The notes below the pieces were generated by a model. The model ran no database searches, was not told the origin of the DNA, and saw nothing but the letters and a program-made list of their open reading frames with translations. Positions 60,557-64,000 of a DNA stretch of 64,000 nt are shown here, piece by piece (positions within the stretch are counted from its first letter, which is position 1; each line of letters begins with the position of its first letter). Origin of the DNA: Azolla caroliniana (lineage: Eukaryota > Plantae > Polypodiophyta); contig JBHGNT010000004.1 of assembly GCA_043228905.1 (NCBI GenBank), positions 3,100,001 to 3,164,000 of the forward strand. Direction: 5' to 3'. Both the position numbers and the translations under genes were made by a program.

Positions 60557-61800
60557 GTTATGCACACAACATAGGTGACGATAGGTCACTAATATTTACA
60601 TAAGTGAAGGTATGTTCACTAATGTTAGAAAGGGACTAATGTGATTGGATAAAATGAATGATGGGTACATGCACTACTATGATCTTGACAACCAATAAAT
60701 GGAGAGTCTTTTATAAAGGCACATCTATTCAAGGGGCCTAGGCATAGGTATAAATATGAGGCCTAGCTAACCTCATAAAACACATTAGGTCAGAAGGTTG
60801 TGGTCTTAAGACATCGTTATTAGTCATCCTAATATCTATCGGTATTGGACGTCGGTGTTAGGTTGGCTATGTCTTGATCATAGCTCGGGGGTGGTTGGGT
60901 GGATCGGGTTCTTCTATCCAATCTATTTACTTGATTTTACTTTATTTCGGTCTATTGATTAGCAATAGACTTGTAACAAGATGGGAGAATTTAGTTAGTT
61001 TGTCTTTGTACACATCACAAGGGATTAACCGATGTAAACTAATATGCACATTTATTAATAGATTAACTTGTTTATTTTAAATGAAAGTCAAAGTTAGGCA
61101 TGCAATGCTCACATTTGTAATGGTCCTACTTCAAGGCTCATTGCAATGTCCTTGAATTGTTTGTTATAGATTAATTAGCGTTAATTATCGAGTATTATAA
61201 ACATAATTAAGTATAACTCAAAATGTAAATGTAAGTATAAAAATAATTCTAACCAATGGAGGTTGAGTTAGATGGTTTAGAAAATGACTCAAATATGTTT
61301 AGATTAGATTAGAGATGAAAATGATTACGATGGTTTCTTGTTCTAATGGCTCGAAACAAGCATATTGTTATCACTCCCAATTAATGCTTTTGTTAATTAG
61401 GAGATAAATTGATTGAGTCACCGTATTACTTAATGATGGCAAACATTGATCAAGAGTGAGCTAAATTTACCACATTAGTAATAACTAGTTCACCTTTTGT
61501 TTTATTTTCTAACTTTGTTTAATTTGGATTTTGTAACATAAATACACAAATAAGACCAAAACCTCCAAACACACCATAATCTCTATTCATGTCCTCAAAT
61601 ACTCTAATGTTGCTTTGTCTCTCCAAATGTCCCTAGTTAACTTAGGAAAATGGAAAGAATCAGCAATAAATTGCCCAAATAGCATATATAATTGACGAAA
61701 AGGAAATGAAATTGACTATACGAAACCATAAATGTTGGATATACTTGCTAAATAGTTATATCCATGGTCTATCGTCTCCCTTCAAAGGAGATAGACTAAG

Positions 61801-62032
61801 GTTGGAATCGAGACATACTTACTTGATTTGTGCATGTATTGTACATAGTCGGATGTGAGGCATGTGGCCAGGCTTATTTGATGATTTCACTGATGCCAGT
61901 GGTCATCATGTGCGTGCATGTTGGAATCGAGACATACTCACTTGATTCGTGCATATATTATACATAGTCGGTTGCGAGGCATGTGGCCAAGCTTATTTGA
62001 TGATATCACCGATGCTAGTGGCCATCATGTGC
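61801..62032. repeat. 119-bp tandem duplication
   Basis: GTTGGAATCGAGACATACT...CATCATGTGC starts at 61801 and 61920. Confidence 0.92.
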
Positions 62033-62399
62033 ATTGTGCACACGCAACTATTAAGGTAGACCAATGCACTTGAGATATGATTTGGCAATTTACTTGAAGA
62101 TTTCGTTCACTTGGTAAACATGGAATGGATAGATGCCCACATACGCTTGGTTGGAGGTGCGGTCAAGTCGGATCAAAAGTATTGATTGGATGGTTTGCTG
62201 GAAGAAGATAAGGAGAAGGGTAGGATCAATATAACAGAAAATGGTGGAAAAAAGGGAAAGAAGTGGAGGAAGAAGAGCATCATGAGTGAATAGAGGGAAA
62301 TTCGGAGGGGCATTCGTGCAATAATGGAAAACCTAACTTAATTTTCATCTTCTGGTTAATATATATTTCAGAGAGACATGTAGAGAGTTAGAAAAATAT

Positions 62400-62950
62400 C
62401 GAAACCCTAGAAATCCTCAGCCACTATCATCTTCTGCTTCAAGAGAGAAAGCTGCATATTCTTCTCCGCAAGGTAAATCGACAGAAGATGATTTACGACG
62501 TCAATTCTGCGCATTTCCGGTCCTTCCTTAGCCAGAAGGGAGGCTCTGCAGATCGCAGGTAACATTCATTCGTTCATTATCGTCGCCGTCATCTTCCTCG
62601 TTTCCTTCGCCTCTTTCTTTATCGTTATCGTTATCTTTATCTTTATATTTGTGTTCATTTTCATGTTCATGTTCGTTTTCATCGCCATCTTCATCTTCTC
62701 TTCCTTCTTGCAGGAAAAATGAAGATCAAAAGCCGAAAGAGCCGAGATTTAAGGCCAACGAGAATAAGCCAGTGATGAATGAATAACTAGTGTTGGATGG
62801 ATCCAGAAGCGATTGATTCTGGACTCTCCAACGCAGTAGGCGAGATACGTCATCTCCCCTTTGCAGAGTGAATAGTGTTAGGGCTACCTATCTATTCTCG
62901 CTATGGATTTTGTGGAGGACTGCTTTCAGTAATTGCTTGTGTAACTCGAA
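62400..62950 (+). other. Probable 5' end of a spliced transcript (long leader or lncRNA); no CDS identified in the window
   Basis: AAACCCTAG at 62402, strong donors AAG|GTAAAT (62473) and CAG|GTAACA (62559), a pyrimidine-rich intron ending TTGCAG (62713). No credible long ORF up to 64000. Confidence 0.5.
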
Positions 62951-63256
62951 GAATGATAAGGATTCAGATGTTTTGCCATGTTCTTGTGAGAAAATTTGAA
63001 TAGTGCTTGTCAAGTCTGCAATACTTTCATTTGCTTGAATCTTGTTTTGTTATTGAGATTTTAAGTAACGCTATTTGGTTTTCTAGTAATCCTTAAGAAG
63101 ATGGACTAATTTGAGGATTTCTTCCAGGAAGTGTTGCGGATAACTGTGATCTTATGTTTAAAATTCCCTTCAATCTGTGGTTAACTGACAATAGACAAGG
63201 TGCCTTGATTGTATTGGTTGATTAATGATGAATGGTGGTACATGGGTCAGAGTTGT

Positions 63257-63675
63257 TTCAAAACTAGATTTACTTGTTCCGTCCGTCAATAATATGAGAT
63301 CAGAAGTGTTATAAAGTTTGTTTTCTCTGCGATTGATGTTTCTCTCAAGAGGTTGAAAAGGAGTGCATTGTGAACGATGTATTGTGTATCACTATCTGTA
63401 ATCAAGCTTTCTCCTTTGCCTACTGTGCTTTCTGTTTTTGTAATTCATGTTGGTTTCTTACTAAACGCTTCAAAACTAGATTTACTCGTTCCATCATGGA
63501 AGAATACGAGATCAGAAGTGTTTTAAAGTTTGTTTTCTCTTCTATTGATATTTCTCTGAAGAGGTTGAGAGAGTGCATTGTGAACGATGTATTGTGGATC
63601 ACTATTTGTAATCAAGCTGTCTCCTTTGTCTACTGTGCTTTTTGTTTTTGTAATTCATGTTGGTTTCTTACTAAT
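63257..63675. repeat. 212-bp tandem duplication
   Basis: TTCAAAACTAGATTTACT...GTTGGTTTCTTACTAA starts at 63257 and 63469. Confidence 0.92.
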
Positions 63676-64000
63676 TGCATCACTCCGCCCTACTTCATAT
63701 TTTAATGCAATGTCAAACACAGGATAATAGTTCTCTCTAGGTGTTGTGAACTCTGTGAATTCAATGGCGGTAAACTTTAATATAATGTCAATGCTTCATT
63801 GCCCTTGGAATTTATGTAATTTGGAGGCAGTCAATCCAAGGTAACACATGATGCAAGGCTAGGCAAGTTTTTTTTTGTTGTATACGTCTTTTGTGGTGGC
63901 AATGGTGCCTCTATTGGTTTCAGTATATTCTGCAAGATTAAGTTTTTAGTACGGGTTACAATACTTTGAATTAGCTTATAATTTTTTATCTCCTACTGTT

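Noticed and set aside
62402-62410. Telomerase RNA template
   Set aside because: AAACCCTAG is more simply a telobox; no Pol III USE/TATA arrangement recognised, and the region has spliceosomal signals.

Overview
Eukaryotic nuclear DNA from a land plant (spliceosomal GT-AG introns, plant LTR retrotransposons with tRNA-iMet PBS, telobox/site II promoters); a seed-free plant such as a fern is my guess, not demonstrated. The first 7.3 kb is a triple nest of LTR retrotransposons: a GC-rich Ty3/Gypsy inserted at the protease motif of a Copia, which itself sits in an internally deleted antisense Copia. Six host genes follow: PTRHD1-like, ASI1-like (BAH+RRM), proteasome beta-5, a CCCH-zinc-finger Pumilio, RPS4 and an intronless CrRLK1L/FERONIA-like kinase. 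A young intact 5.28-kb Copia (456-bp LTRs with one mismatch, GCATG target duplication) lies 224 bp after the ASI1 stop. Also present are degenerate LINE and possible Helitron fragments, two probable solo LTRs, many tandem duplications and simple repeats, and a spliced-looking, apparently non-coding leader with a strongly folded segment at the right end. The best lead is that ASI1, the factor that lets plants process TE-containing introns, appears to carry TE sequence in its own longest intron and possibly a whole retrotransposon in a 3'UTR intron. All exon models were read by eye and have no transcript support.
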